Origin: Verrucomicrobiota bacterium
GTDB taxonomy: Bacteria; Verrucomicrobiota; Verrucomicrobiia; Opitutales; Seribacteraceae
Assembly (NCBI GenBank): GCA_027622665.1
Contig: JAQBYT010000004.1
Span: 128,001-192,000, forward strand
Length of the DNA: 64,000 nt
Direction: 5' to 3'
Below the pieces are notes generated by a model. The model was not told the origin of the DNA, ran no database searches, and saw only the letters and a list, made by a program, of their open reading frames with translations. Made by a program: the position numbers and the translations under genes. Below are positions 1 through 10,828 of the stretch, in pieces; within the stretch, counting starts at the first letter, position 1; each line of letters starts with the position of its first letter.

Positions 1-1
1 A

Positions 2-799
2 CTGATCATCCAGCCAAATATCCGAGACATGAAAACTGGTAAAGGCACCGCTTAGTCCATCCCCAGGTGCGGGTTTCCAGGTTATACCCAAAAGGACAGG
101 TTGGTCACTTAGATCCTTCTTTCCATTTTCAGGCCATGCTTTCTCCTCGATCAGATCCGAGATGCGGATTGATTCGCGTCCCCGCCAAATACGGGTGGCG
201 GCATCGAAGGTCATGGTTTTGGGCTCAACTTTCGTTTTCTCACCGTCTATGGGTTGTCGACTGGCCACGATCGTGCCAACGAGATTGTTTAGCTTCACTT
301 CCTGGAGTTTCCACACCAAACCGTTTCGTCTGCAATGACTGGGTTCATCTTCGAGTAGAAGAATATGATTTTCAGATGGGAAAATACCGGTTCCCCGGTA
401 GTGTCCGGCATCCTTATCTTTATTGTTGGGAGGGAGTACGGGAACGGAAGAGGTTTTGGGGTCGGGTGGTAAAAACCCATGGGCATGCATCACCGTGCCA
501 AGCGGGACGTCGCGAAGATCGGCGGGAGCATCGTGGTAACGGACCATGCCGTAGGGAAGCAGGGCGAAAGGGTGGGGGTCATTCCGGTAAAATTTCCCCG
601 TTCCCTCCACGCGGATGCTTCCGCGCCGGTTGGGGTGGTCCACGAAGATAAGTTCTCCCCGATAGGCATGGGCTTTTTCAATCGGTGGAAATTTCCCCGT
701 TTCGGGGCGGAACGGTTCACTTTTCTCTACGACCGATGCAAAGACGGAGGTCTCGAAAACAAAGGCAAAAGCAAGCCAAACCAGATATTTTCGGATCAT
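2..799 (-). CDS. Secreted hypothetical protein downstream of DUF1552 (partial, runs off the window start)
   Basis: My translation from ATG 799 gives [22 protein letters not shown]...[17 protein letters not shown]..., open to the window edge. It has a signal peptide and an ATGA overlap with the DUF1552 stop. It is absent from the ORF track because no stop lies in the window. Confidence 0.8.
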   Translation of the reverse strand, partial: MIRKYLVWLAFAFVFETSVFASVVEKSEPFRPETGKFPPIEKAHAYRGELIFVDHPNRRGSIRVEGTGKFYRNDPHPFALLPYGMVRYHDAPADLRDVPLGTVMHAHGFLPPDPKTSSVPVLPPNNKDKDAGHYRGTGIFPSENHILLLEDEPSHCRRNGLVWKLQEVKLNNLVGTIVASRQPIDGEKTKVEPKTMTFDAATRIWRGRESIRISDLIEEKAWPENGKKDLSDQPVLLGITWKPAPGDGLSGAFTSFHVSDIWLDDQ

Positions 800-2148
800 A
801 TTGCGATGACTTGGTTGCTGTCGCCAAATTGTTCCGTCTCCACTCCCATCTTTTGGGCCATGAGAAGAAGCAGGTTGCTCATGTGGGCATCGGAATTGAC
901 CGGGCGGCTGCAAAGTCGATAGTGGTCACCCGGTTTGTCGAGGGTGTAACCGTCGAAATGACCCTGATTGAAATCAAGGTGACTTCCGTGCTTCAAGCCC
1001 AAGTCTGAACCACCGGCAAAAACGAGGGGCAGGTTGGCATTTCCGTGACTGTGGCCGTAGGACATACCGCTGCCGAAAAGAGACATGGTTGACCCGAGCA
1101 GAGACTTTCCGCTTAGGTCCTTGGTTTCTTCCAAACGGGAAAGGAAGTAGCTGTATTGTTCGATGGCGAAAGTATCGTAGTTCGTCAGCTTTTCCATATA
1201 GCCCTCATCGCCCCCGTGGTGACTAAGTTGGTGGCGGGACTCGGTGATGCCGATCTCGGGTATGGCGAAGGCATCTCCTTCTCCTCCCAGGCTGAAGGTT
1301 GCGACCCGAGTGACGTCGGTTTGAAAGGCGAGAACCATGAGGTCATAAACGGTACGGAAGTAATCCCCCGCCTGGGCTTTGGTGACTTTACGGTTGGTGC
1401 GCTTACGGTCGGAATCGGAAATTTTGGGTAGAGGGGTGTCGAGCCAGTCGTCCGCCCGACGCGTACGGATTTCCGCTTCGCGCACCGAGGTGAGGTACTG
1501 ATCCATGCGACCCTTGTCCGCCTTCCCCATTTTTTTCTCCAATCGACGAACCTCTTCCAGGTTGTCATCCAATACGCTTGCCTTGCGACGAAGTCTTTTG
1601 CGCTGGGCATCAATCCCCCCTTTGGGTTCCTCGAAAAGGGAAGCGAAGATTTGGCTGCACTGCCGCATGGCGGGCAGTTGAACACCGTCCGCAGTCCAGG
1701 CCAGAGAACCCTGAGTCAGGGCAACTTCAAGGGAGGGGTGGCGGGTGTGTTGGCCGGTTATTTCGGCCATTTTTTGGTCCACCGAGATGGTGTTACGGTG
1801 AGCGGCCCCGATTTTCCCTCCTGTCAAAAAGACGTTAATGCAGTTGTGGTGATGCCCGAGGCTGCCGGGATGATGAAGGCCGCTGACCGGCGTGATGGCG
1901 TTACGATGTTTCTCCAAAGGTTTGAGTGATTGGGAGAATTCGTACTCTTTGCCCGGCTCAGTGATCTGGTAATTGAGGGAATGGACACCGTTGGCGAGGT
2001 AGATAAAAGCGCTCCGTTTCGGTGTGGAAACCTTTTCGGCCGCTTTGAGCGGAGTCATGCATTCGAGCATGGGCAGTGCGATACAGGTACCCATGGCCCG
2101 GAGGGCATGGCGGCGATTGATCAACCAGGATTGTGATAAGTAATTCAT
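796..2148 (-). CDS. DUF1552 (HXXSHH) family protein
   Basis: 450 aa with a Tat-like NRRHALR start, the [12 protein letters not shown] segment and the RHQLSHH motif; paired with DUF1592. Confidence 0.9.
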   Translation of the reverse strand: MNYLSQSWLINRRHALRAMGTCIALPMLECMTPLKAAEKVSTPKRSAFIYLANGVHSLNYQITEPGKEYEFSQSLKPLEKHRNAITPVSGLHHPGSLGHHHNCINVFLTGGKIGAAHRNTISVDQKMAEITGQHTRHPSLEVALTQGSLAWTADGVQLPAMRQCSQIFASLFEEPKGGIDAQRKRLRRKASVLDDNLEEVRRLEKKMGKADKGRMDQYLTSVREAEIRTRRADDWLDTPLPKISDSDRKRTNRKVTKAQAGDYFRTVYDLMVLAFQTDVTRVATFSLGGEGDAFAIPEIGITESRHQLSHHGGDEGYMEKLTNYDTFAIEQYSYFLSRLEETKDLSGKSLLGSTMSLFGSGMSYGHSHGNANLPLVFAGGSDLGLKHGSHLDFNQGHFDGYTLDKPGDHYRLCSRPVNSDAHMSNLLLLMAQKMGVETEQFGDSNQVIAI

Positions 2149-2176
2149 GTTCTTTTCCTTTTTATGTTTTTAAATT

Positions 2177-4600
2177 CTAGCGTTTGCGGAGGAGGTCGGA
2201 GACGGCCACTGCACGGATCATATCTTTAATCTGATAATTCTTTTTCTTTGCCTCTTCTTCGATGACTGAGATGTCATCCTTGTCGTCAACGGTGAGAACG
2301 CGTCGCAGGGCATAGGTGCAAAGGTGCTCGATAAAAGCACGGGCAAAGCGGTCCCGATCATCGAACAGCAATCTTTTGAACTCCACGGAACCCTTGAAGG
2401 TTCGTCCGTCCGGTAAGGTTCCCGAGGCATCGACCGGGGGATTCTCTCCTTTCCCGGTGGGTACGAGTTCGCGGGTTCTCCACTGTCCGATGGCATCATA
2501 CTGGTCGAAGGCCAAGCCCAGCGGATCGATCGTCTTGTGGCAGGCGGCGCAATTGGGATCTTTGGTGTGGGCTTCGATGCGTTGGCGGATGGTGATCTTA
2601 TCTCCTTGCGGAGGGACGGGTTCGATCGGGTCGACGTTGGCCGGTGGGGCGGGCGGGGTTTTGTTGAAGATGGTTTCGCTTAGCCATACCCCGCGGTGTA
2701 CCGGGCGGTGGCGCGTACCGTCCGAGGTCAGTCCGAGAACTCCTCCCATGGTGAGCAGTCCCCCTCGGTTGTCTTCGGGCTTGAGCGAAACGCGCTGGAA
2801 ATCGCCCTTCTTCGGTTCGGGCAATCCGTAGAAGTCGCTGAGGCGGGCGTTGGCCATCGTCCAATCCGAATCAAGCAGGGATTCAATGGGAAGGTTATTG
2901 CTTAGTAATTCCCGGAAAAACTCAACCGGTTCGTTGCGCATACTGGTCTCGAGCCAGTCATCGTAGGTGGGGTAGAGCTTTTTATCCGGTGGAAACATTC
3001 CCACCTTGTGCAGTTGCAACCATTGACGCGAAAAGTCGTCGATGAAGCGGTTGATCCGATCGTCCGTCATCATCCGGTCTACCTGCTTATTCAGTTCACC
3101 GTCTTTCAGGTTACCGGCCTTGGCGGCAGCGAAGAGACCATCGTCGGGCATGGAACTCCAGAGGAAGTACGAGAGCCGGGAGGCAAGCTCCCAGTCGTCC
3201 AAGTGTTTCCGGGCCTTCGGATCGCCTTCCACCAGGTAGATGAAGTTTCGGGAAGTCAGCACCCTGAGCATGGCCGTACGGAAGGCATCGACCGCTTTTT
3301 CTCCCGCATCAAGATCAGCTTGGTAGGATTTTAGGTAGCCCGACAGCTCGTCTTTCCCTACCTGCCTTCGCCAGGCCCGCTCGGCGAAGCGTTGCAGGTG
3401 ATCGGTCACCGTTTGGATCGTGGCATTATCATCCGGGACAATACCTTCCCTTTTGGCTTTTTCCTCCTTCGATACGAGCGGACCTTCCCACTCGACCCAA
3501 TCGAGGATTACCGTGGAGAAGATGCCGTTTCCCTTGTCGTCGAACATCTGCGGGGCGTTGGGGTTGAGGAGAAGGGTCTCGCTGCTGTGCGTGAAGAGAT
3601 AAGCGTTTCCGCTGGAGAGCGCGTTGCGGAAAGCCGCGCCCCCTCTCCGGTCGATCACGTCCGTGGCGACCACGGCAAAGTGCAACCCCGTTGGCATTTC
3701 CAAAAACACCTCCATCTCATAGACCTGCGGACTGTCTTCGGGTGCCGTGACGTCGAATTCGATCAGGCCCTCCACGGTCTCCTCACTAGTCTTCTTGCCG
3801 ATACTCAGGTGGGCCGGTTGGCCGCCGGGCGGACGGATGCCGCTGGCTTGGAGGCGAAGTTTGTAGAGCCCGCTGTGTTCCGGGCCCGTCTTGCCGAACC
3901 AATTGGAGGATAGAGCCGGTTGAACTCGGCCTGGGAAATGGAGGTAGCGCAACGGCCGCTTGATACCGAGCCGGGCGAGGGCCTCCTTTTGTTTCTCCCC
4001 GCCCCCATACCTCAAATCCGCTGCCGTCTTGCGTACTTTTCGCGCCTCGGCGGCCTTGGTGGGAAAAGCCCGCTCGAGCACGATCTCCGCGGCTTGGTAG
4101 TAGCGGTTGACGTGCGAAGGCGAGAGCGAGAGTTGCGAACCGATTCGCTCATAGCCGTGCCACAGGGTGTCCTCATTCAGTTCGCCCGGCTTGGTCGGGT
4201 CGTAGCGGACTCCCAGGAGGTCATAGACTGTATTCTGATATTCCTTCCGGCTCAGGCGATAATGCGCCACTGCCGGGCGCGCCGCCATCCGCGCCGCCCG
4301 ACCTTCTCGAATGCGCTGATCCAGTTCGGCGATGACCTTGCCGATTGCATCGGCGGTTGGCCGCGGTTCATCCTCGGGGGGCATTTCACCGGCATTGATC
4401 TTCTCGACCACTTCGGCCCAGAGTTGCCCATCCACGCCGGACTTGAAATCACGCGACAATTGATCCAGCCGCAAGTCGCCCTTCGACTTCTTGGGACCAT
4501 GACAGCTCACGCAGTGCTTGGTGAGAAAACCCTCAAAGGGTTCGGCGGCTGAACCGGTGGACGCCACGGCAAGCAAAAGGATGGAGGAAAAACGTATCAT
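2177..4600 (-). CDS. DUF1592/DUF1588 planctomycete-type cytochrome c domain protein
   Basis: 807 aa with a signal peptide, CVSCH and CAACH heme motifs, [26 protein letters not shown] and PVHRGVW. Confidence 0.9.
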   Translation of the reverse strand: MIRFSSILLLAVASTGSAAEPFEGFLTKHCVSCHGPKKSKGDLRLDQLSRDFKSGVDGQLWAEVVEKINAGEMPPEDEPRPTADAIGKVIAELDQRIREGRAARMAARPAVAHYRLSRKEYQNTVYDLLGVRYDPTKPGELNEDTLWHGYERIGSQLSLSPSHVNRYYQAAEIVLERAFPTKAAEARKVRKTAADLRYGGGEKQKEALARLGIKRPLRYLHFPGRVQPALSSNWFGKTGPEHSGLYKLRLQASGIRPPGGQPAHLSIGKKTSEETVEGLIEFDVTAPEDSPQVYEMEVFLEMPTGLHFAVVATDVIDRRGGAAFRNALSSGNAYLFTHSSETLLLNPNAPQMFDDKGNGIFSTVILDWVEWEGPLVSKEEKAKREGIVPDDNATIQTVTDHLQRFAERAWRRQVGKDELSGYLKSYQADLDAGEKAVDAFRTAMLRVLTSRNFIYLVEGDPKARKHLDDWELASRLSYFLWSSMPDDGLFAAAKAGNLKDGELNKQVDRMMTDDRINRFIDDFSRQWLQLHKVGMFPPDKKLYPTYDDWLETSMRNEPVEFFRELLSNNLPIESLLDSDWTMANARLSDFYGLPEPKKGDFQRVSLKPEDNRGGLLTMGGVLGLTSDGTRHRPVHRGVWLSETIFNKTPPAPPANVDPIEPVPPQGDKITIRQRIEAHTKDPNCAACHKTIDPLGLAFDQYDAIGQWRTRELVPTGKGENPPVDASGTLPDGRTFKGSVEFKRLLFDDRDRFARAFIEHLCTYALRRVLTVDDKDDISVIEEEAKKKNYQIKDMIRAVAVSDLLRKR

Positions 4601-4694
4601 TTTAGGGTTTGTAACCTAGTAATTTTTAAACGCATGAACAACAAAGGAAACCATCCTTCAGGGAAATTTGCCCGAAGGTCGTTGATCCTTTCCG

Positions 4695-6131
4695 CTAGGC
4701 AATCAATTCGCTGATGACGTGCCCGTGTACGTCTGTGAGGCGGCGCTGGATGCCATTGTGGTAGAAGGAGAGGCGTTCGTGGTCTATGCCGAGGAGGTGG
4801 AGCGCGGTGGCGTGGAAATCGTAGGAGTAGGTGGGGTGTTCGGCGGCTTTCCATCCGAGTTCGTCGGTTGCTCCATAGCTGATGCCTCCTTTGATTCCTC
4901 CCCCCGCCAACCAGGCGGTGAAGGCTCCTGCGTTATGGTCGCGCCCGAGGGCTCGGTTGCCTTGAGCTGCGGGTTGGCGCCCGAACTCGGAGGTGCAAAT
5001 GACGAGGGTTTCATCGAGCAGACCGTGGGACTTGAGGTCCTTCAACAAGGCGGAGGCCCCGCCGTCGAGGACGCGTCCCCAGTAGCCGTGGTCGCGGGGC
5101 AGATCCTCGTGGCTGTCCCAGTTGGGGCGTATCTTTCTTGCGGTGGTGTTTTCCGCACCGCAAAATATTTGCACGAAGCGCACGCCGCGTTCCACTAGGC
5201 GCCGGGCCAGCAGGCATTGGCGGCCAAAGGGAGCGATGTCCTCGTCCTCCAGTTGGTAGAGCTTGTGGGTGGCGGCCGATTCTCCCTCTATGGCTGTTGC
5301 CTCGGGGGCGCTTAGCTGGAGCTTGGCAGCCATTTCGTAGGCCTTGATGCGGGCTTCCAGCTCGGAGTTGGCGGGCCGTTTCTTGGCGTGTCGCTTATTG
5401 AGCAGACCGAGCAGCTGGGCATCGCCTGTCTTGTCCTTGAAGTCCTGCGGGGGAAAGAGGTCGGCCAGCGGGGCCTTGCCCGCTCCGGCTTGCATGGTAG
5501 TACCCTGTTGCTTGGCGGGGAGAAAACCGGCTCCCCAGTTGATCACGCCACCGGGCGGGAGTCCGCGGGGATCGGGTAGCACTACGTATGCGGGCAGGTT
5601 GTCCGCCTCGCTGCCTAGTCCGTAGGTGACCCATGCCCCCATGCTGGGAAACCCGGGCAGGATGAACCCGCTGTTCATCATGAACATGGCGGGCCCATGC
5701 AAGGCGGACTTGCTGTGCATGGAGTGGACGAAGGCCATGTCGTCGACACAGGTGGCGAGGCGGGGAAATAGGTCGCTTATCCAGCGCCCGCAGGCACCGT
5801 GCCTACGAAACTTCCAGAAACTACCTTGGCAATTGCCCGGCTTGGAGGCGAAGAACTGGAGTTTTCCGTCGGGGTCGAAGGGGGTGCCGTTGCGTTTGGC
5901 CAGCTCGGGCTTGTAGTCCCAAGTGTCCACTTGGCTGACTCCCCCGGGGCAAAAGATCTGGATGACCGCCTTGGCCTTGGCCAGATGGTGCATCGCAATG
6001 TCGCCGCCATGAGCTTCCTTGGCCCACAGACCGCCCAAGGCCATGGAGCCGAACCCGCAACCCAGTGACTGGAGAAAGTTTCTACGGAATGGGGAGAATT
6101 CGTCGGTTTTCAACTTCGAGAAGGTTTGCAT
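4695..6131 (-). CDS. DUF1501 family protein
   Basis: RRNFL Tat motif, GGVSQVDTWDYKPEL, CLLARRLVERGVRFVQ, WDSH, SEFGR, GRDHN and the C-terminal RLTDVHG. Confidence 0.92.
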   Translation of the reverse strand: MQTFSKLKTDEFSPFRRNFLQSLGCGFGSMALGGLWAKEAHGGDIAMHHLAKAKAVIQIFCPGGVSQVDTWDYKPELAKRNGTPFDPDGKLQFFASKPGNCQGSFWKFRRHGACGRWISDLFPRLATCVDDMAFVHSMHSKSALHGPAMFMMNSGFILPGFPSMGAWVTYGLGSEADNLPAYVVLPDPRGLPPGGVINWGAGFLPAKQQGTTMQAGAGKAPLADLFPPQDFKDKTGDAQLLGLLNKRHAKKRPANSELEARIKAYEMAAKLQLSAPEATAIEGESAATHKLYQLEDEDIAPFGRQCLLARRLVERGVRFVQIFCGAENTTARKIRPNWDSHEDLPRDHGYWGRVLDGGASALLKDLKSHGLLDETLVICTSEFGRQPAAQGNRALGRDHNAGAFTAWLAGGGIKGGISYGATDELGWKAAEHPTYSYDFHATALHLLGIDHERLSFYHNGIQRRLTDVHGHVISELIA

Positions 6132-6134
6132 GAC

Positions 6135-7421
6135 CTAGTCCAAGGACCACGGTTTCCGCATGTCACGGCTTCGCAGCCGGTTTGCTTCATTGTCGTTCAG
6201 GAAGTGTTCCTTGACGGGATTCCATTTCAGGGGGCGGCCCAACTTGATGGATAGATTCGCGAGGTGGCAGACGGTGGAAACTCGATGACCAATGTCGACT
6301 GGGAAATACGGATCTTTTCGAGATTTCACGCAATCGAGGAAGTTGCGATGCTCTCCGGCCGGATTGGTGAACAGACGGGTTTCCCCCTTCTCGATCACCG
6401 AATTGAGAATCTTGTCGGAACTGGCTTGGAGTTCGGCTCGCCAACCGAAGTTGCCCACCCAGCCCTTGGATCCAATGAATTTCAGGCTGGGGTTGCCGGA
6501 GGTGCAGGTCATAACTACCCCGTTCTCATAGCGATAGCTCACGTCGTAGTCCTTTACTGTGTCGTAGAGGCCACCTTCCCAGTGCGTTCCCTTTCCGTCG
6601 ATTTCCACTGGTCCGGATCGTTCGGTGTCGTTCGCCCACTGGGCGGTGTCGAACAAGTGGGCACCCCAGTCACAGATGATGCCGCCCGAGTAATCCCAAA
6701 TCCATCGGAAGTTGAAATGGACGCGATCCTTCGTGTATGGGGCCTCGGGGGCTGGCCCCAGCCACATGTCGTAATCCAACTCACTTGGAACTGGTTGCGG
6801 TGCGGGATTGCCCGGTCCCTTGGGTTGCTTCGGCAGAATGACTTCGATCTTCTCCAGTTTGCCGATGCGGCCGTTGCGGACCAGCTCGGCCATGCGGTGG
6901 TAGACCGGAATGGCCCGATCCTCCGTGCTGGTCTGGAAGACCTTGTTGTGCTTCCGCACTTCTTTGATCAGGATTTTCCCTTCGTCGATCGTCAAGGTGG
7001 GTTTCTCGCACTGCACATCCTTGCCGCTGCGTAGGGCCAACACACTCATCAGAGTATGCCAGTGGTCGGGGGTCGAGATCATCACCGCATCGATGTCCGG
7101 GCGGGCCAACACTTCCCTGAAATCTTTCGTCGTGGCACAGCCTGCCCCGGAGTCGCGATAGAAGGAATCCACCATTTTCTTGGCCCTTTCCATGCGCTTG
7201 GAATCCACGTCGCAAACCATCACCACCCGGGCGTCGGCTTGCTTGAGGTAGGCCCGGAGGTTGTGTCCCGTCCCATGTCCGCCGACGCCGATGCAACCCA
7301 CCGTAATCTTCTTGCTGGGAGCATCGGCCCCGAATAGCCTGGAGGGCAGAATGGTCGGGGCCACACCGGCGGCCAAGGTGGTCTTGAGGAAGGATCGCCG
7401 ATTGGGTAGGGGTTTTTTCAT
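6135..7421 (-). CDS. Gfo/Idh/MocA family oxidoreductase, Tat-exported
   Basis: NRRSFLK Tat motif, GCIGVGGHG Rossmann motif, STPDHWH, CEKP and DWGAHLFD. Confidence 0.92.
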   Translation of the reverse strand: MKKPLPNRRSFLKTTLAAGVAPTILPSRLFGADAPSKKITVGCIGVGGHGTGHNLRAYLKQADARVVMVCDVDSKRMERAKKMVDSFYRDSGAGCATTKDFREVLARPDIDAVMISTPDHWHTLMSVLALRSGKDVQCEKPTLTIDEGKILIKEVRKHNKVFQTSTEDRAIPVYHRMAELVRNGRIGKLEKIEVILPKQPKGPGNPAPQPVPSELDYDMWLGPAPEAPYTKDRVHFNFRWIWDYSGGIICDWGAHLFDTAQWANDTERSGPVEIDGKGTHWEGGLYDTVKDYDVSYRYENGVVMTCTSGNPSLKFIGSKGWVGNFGWRAELQASSDKILNSVIEKGETRLFTNPAGEHRNFLDCVKSRKDPYFPVDIGHRVSTVCHLANLSIKLGRPLKWNPVKEHFLNDNEANRLRSRDMRKPWSLD

Positions 7422-7425
7422 GGCT

Positions 7426-8301
7426 TTACCTTTTGATTGGGACGGGAATCATCTTGATTTCCTTTAGCCACTTGAGCGAGCCCTTCTGCCAGGCATCCCA
7501 GCTCGGTCCCTTGTAGCCGTTCAGGCCGTGGCCACCATTGGGTAGCTCAAGGTACTCGGAGGGAACCTTGTTTTTTTGCAGGGCCTTGTACAAGGCGCGG
7601 CTGTTCTCGGGCGGCACTGGGCGGTCGTCGACTGCATGGGCGAGGAAGATGGGGGGCGTTTCCTTGGTCACTTGCTTCTCGTTGGAGAAGAGCTCTACCA
7701 GTTCATTCGTGGGGGTTTTGCCCAGCAAGTTGCGTTTCGATCCGCCGTGGGTGTGCTTGCCCATGGTCACGACGGGGTAGACGAGGATGGAGAAATCAGG
7801 TCGGCAGGAGAGTCGATCGATTGGGTCCTTCGCCTTGGTCTCGCCCTTGTCGAAATGAGTGGCCGCAGTGGATGCGAGGTGCCCGCCTGCGGAGAAGCCA
7901 ATAATCCCGATTCGCTTCGGGTCGAGACTCCACTTCTTGGCGTTGGCCCGCACGGTGCGAATGGCCCGCTGGGCATCCATCAACGGTACGAATGAGCGTC
8001 CTTTTGGCAGACGGTACTGAAGTACGATACCTGTTATACCCTGTCCATTGAGCCAGGTGGCGATGCCATGTCCTTCGGCACCCATGACCTGCATGCCGTA
8101 GCCTCCTCCAGGACAGATGATGACTGCGGTGCCGTTTGGGTTGGCCGGTCGATGGACGTGTATCCAGGCGTCTTCTTCCTTGAACTTGCCTTCCCCGATC
8201 GGGGCGTGGTTGTTCCAAAGCGCAATTTTTTTCGGCTTGGGAGCCGCGTGGAGACAGGGGAGGATAAAGAGGAACAGTGGCAGGAGGAGGATGCTTTTCA
8301 T
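7426..8301 (-). CDS. Secreted alpha/beta hydrolase (carbohydrate/acetyl esterase-like)
   Basis: Signal peptide, CPGGGY, GFSAGG nucleophile, DDRPV and GGHG. Confidence 0.88.
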   Translation of the reverse strand: MKSILLLPLFLFILPCLHAAPKPKKIALWNNHAPIGEGKFKEEDAWIHVHRPANPNGTAVIICPGGGYGMQVMGAEGHGIATWLNGQGITGIVLQYRLPKGRSFVPLMDAQRAIRTVRANAKKWSLDPKRIGIIGFSAGGHLASTAATHFDKGETKAKDPIDRLSCRPDFSILVYPVVTMGKHTHGGSKRNLLGKTPTNELVELFSNEKQVTKETPPIFLAHAVDDRPVPPENSRALYKALQKNKVPSEYLELPNGGHGLNGYKGPSWDAWQKGSLKWLKEIKMIPVPIKR

Positions 8302-8314
8302 TTCTTTTATGGGA

Positions 8315-9394
8315 TTATTTTATTCCTTCAAAACCGAGTATGCCGAGGCTTTCGGCCATGCGAACGGGGCGTGACAGGGCCTCCTTCATGCGGGACAATT
8401 CGCCACTCGGGCGACGGTCTGGGCAATCGGGGTGAATTTCGTGGGAGTCGATCAAGCCCAGCAACTCGAGGACGGCCGCGGTGCTTTGCTTGTAGGCTGC
8501 GGCGCTTCCGTTCTCGTCCAACCGGAATACGGCGTCCTCCAGTGACTGGATGGCCTCGAACACCTTGTATGCCCTGGTGTCGAACCGGCCGTTTTCGTTT
8601 TCGAGCCACATTCGTTTGGCGGCGCAGATCAGTGGGCATGCCGACACTCCCGCCCCGATCAGGTTCGGTTGGCCCATCCTGATGGCGGACGCGATGCCGT
8701 AATCATCGCCGCTGTGTGGAGAGAAGTCCAGGTTCAGGTCGCGGCACATGGCGGTCCAGTACAGAAAGTGCGGTTCCTCCAAGGTGGATATTTTGCCGCC
8801 GACCACTTTCTCGTGGTTGGCCAGTTCGCGAAGAAGCCAAGGCTCGTAAGGTGTGGCCCAGGGAACGAACGATGGTTCGAGGGCGTGTACGATGGCGGGG
8901 ACTTCAACGTGTTCGAGGATGTCGAAGTAGGCGTCTCGCCTTTTTTCGGGCTCGAGAGCGTTGAGCTGACGGGAAGTCATCAGCATGACCTCGATGTTTT
9001 GAAATTGCTGGGCGATCTCTAGGTGCGGGCGGTACCAGTCCGCCTGGAAGGTCTCGCCATCCGCCCCATGGGCCGTGGTTCCACAGATGATCTTGTGGTC
9101 GGGAAAGAGGTTCCTGAACCGTTGGATGACCTCCCGGTACAACTCCGTCGAGAGGTTGAAGATGTAGCCGGTGTCTGCGTTGAGGACGAAGACGATTTCG
9201 ATATTGAAGCACTCGGCGCAGGATATCATCCATCGTATGCTGCGTTCGAAACCGGCCCAGTCGGGTTGCCCGTCCTTAAATGGAAGCAAGGTTGCGACGC
9301 AGAGGCGTCCGCAAGTCCGGTGGTCAGTCAGCAATTCTTCGCCGACCCAAGCCCAGGGGGTTTCTTTCCAAGTTGTTTCAGGAGAAAGTTCCAT
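8315..9394 (-). CDS. Dihydrodipicolinate synthase (class I aldolase) family protein, divergent
   Basis: ATLLPF, VLNADTG, GGKIS (candidate Schiff-base Lys) and SGDD. Confidence 0.65.
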   Translation of the reverse strand: MELSPETTWKETPWAWVGEELLTDHRTCGRLCVATLLPFKDGQPDWAGFERSIRWMISCAECFNIEIVFVLNADTGYIFNLSTELYREVIQRFRNLFPDHKIICGTTAHGADGETFQADWYRPHLEIAQQFQNIEVMLMTSRQLNALEPEKRRDAYFDILEHVEVPAIVHALEPSFVPWATPYEPWLLRELANHEKVVGGKISTLEEPHFLYWTAMCRDLNLDFSPHSGDDYGIASAIRMGQPNLIGAGVSACPLICAAKRMWLENENGRFDTRAYKVFEAIQSLEDAVFRLDENGSAAAYKQSTAAVLELLGLIDSHEIHPDCPDRRPSGELSRMKEALSRPVRMAESLGILGFEGIK

Positions 9395-9591
9395 GAAGAT
9401 GAGTTAACTGTTTGGTAAAGCTAATCGAGAAATTTGAATTCATTCGCATTCAGTTGGTCTGTATTATAGAAATGATATCATTTTGATATGTATGTTTGTC
9501 GATTCCATTCCGAGCTGAATGGTCGAATCATTCAGCGAAATATCCGTCCCTGAACTTCGGGATCGACCATTTTAAAGGCAAAAACAAAGAT

Positions 9592-10065
9592 ATGTTTACC
9601 CAAGTCCAGTATGGCGCGAAGGAATACGATGAGGCCCTGGCTCTTCGGAGCGAGGTTCTTCGAGCACCTCTAGGGCTTGAACTCGGTCGAGAGGAATTAG
9701 ACGATGAGAAAGACTCGTTTCACTTGGTCTCGTGGCGCGACAATGCAATAGTTGCGTGTCTCGTTCTAATGCCCCAGTCCAAAAAGCAACTCAAGATGCG
9801 CCAACTGGCTGTCCGCGAGAACTGTCGGGGTGAGGGAGTGGGTCACGCATTGGTAAGTTACGCCGAATCCTTCGCCCTGGATCATTCTTACAAAGAAATT
9901 GTTCTTCATGCGCGTGAGACCGCTTTGGGATTTTATGAGAAGATGGGATACGAGGTCGAGGGGGAATGTTTCATCGAGGTCACGATCCCGCATTTTTTCA
10001 TGCGGAAGAACCTCTTGAAAGGCGAGGGAATGCAACTCAAGACGCCATTAGGCAACGGTCATTGA
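9592..10065 (+). CDS. GNAT family N-acetyltransferase (ElaA/YjcF-like)
   Basis: LRSEVLR, MRQLAV...RGEGVG and HARETALGFYEKMGY. I prefer ATG 9592 over TTG 9496 as the start. Confidence 0.88.
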   Translation: MFTQVQYGAKEYDEALALRSEVLRAPLGLELGREELDDEKDSFHLVSWRDNAIVACLVLMPQSKKQLKMRQLAVRENCRGEGVGHALVSYAESFALDHSYKEIVLHARETALGFYEKMGYEVEGECFIEVTIPHFFMRKNLLKGEGMQLKTPLGNGH

Positions 10066-10066
10066 A

Positions 10067-10804
10067 ATGAAACTCCTTTGCCTTCACGGAAGCGTTCAGG
10101 ATCATCGGGTCTGGCAACCGTTTAAAGAAAGTTTCAATTCGCCAGGCGCGGAGGTATCGTTGGGTTGCGAAGATTTGTATCAAAGCGACCATTTGGGGTT
10201 TGAGGATTGGACCTGGAAATTTTGCGAGCAAGTGGAAAGGGATTCTTTCCGTGAAAAACCTTTTCTTCTTGGCTATTCCTTGGGCGGAAGGCTTGCCTTG
10301 CATGCCTGTCTGGCAAGGCCGGATTTGTGGAGCGGTGTGATTATTGTCTCAGCCGATCCGGGCTTGAGTAGTCCTGAGGAGAAAGAACTTCAGTTGCGTA
10401 AAGATCGGCAATGGGCCGAACGGTTCAGATCCGAACCTCTCGAGGGTTTGCTTGATGAATGGGATGATCTTCCAGTTTTTTGCGGTCGGCCCAATGCCGC
10501 CCCCCGAAATTTCAACGATTGGAATCCTGAAAAGATCAGCGGCTTGTTCGATGTTTTTTCAAAAGGTCGGCAACGAGACTTGTTGCCAGAACTTCGGAAA
10601 CTTAAAAAGCCTCCCCTTCTTTTCATTTCCGGACAAAGGGATGAGAAATACACGCAAGTTGGAAAAGAGTTGTCGGAAGCTTGTCCGATGGTCGAACATC
10701 AGATCATCCCCCAGTCCGGGCACAGGGTGCCTTGGGAAAAGCCGGAGCCATTTTTTGAAATGGTCTGGGAATTCATGGGTTCGGTTTTGAGGAATTCACC
10801 CTAA
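10067..10804 (+). CDS. menH: Alpha/beta hydrolase, MenH (SHCHC synthase)-like
   Basis: LHG, LLGYSLGGRLALH, SADPGL...RKDRQWAERF, GQRDEKY and GHRVP. Confidence 0.7.
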   Translation: MKLLCLHGSVQDHRVWQPFKESFNSPGAEVSLGCEDLYQSDHLGFEDWTWKFCEQVERDSFREKPFLLGYSLGGRLALHACLARPDLWSGVIIVSADPGLSSPEEKELQLRKDRQWAERFRSEPLEGLLDEWDDLPVFCGRPNAAPRNFNDWNPEKISGLFDVFSKGRQRDLLPELRKLKKPPLLFISGQRDEKYTQVGKELSEACPMVEHQIIPQSGHRVPWEKPEPFFEMVWEFMGSVLRNSP

Positions 10805-10828
10805 AAGGAGTTCCTTGTCGAAAGAATC

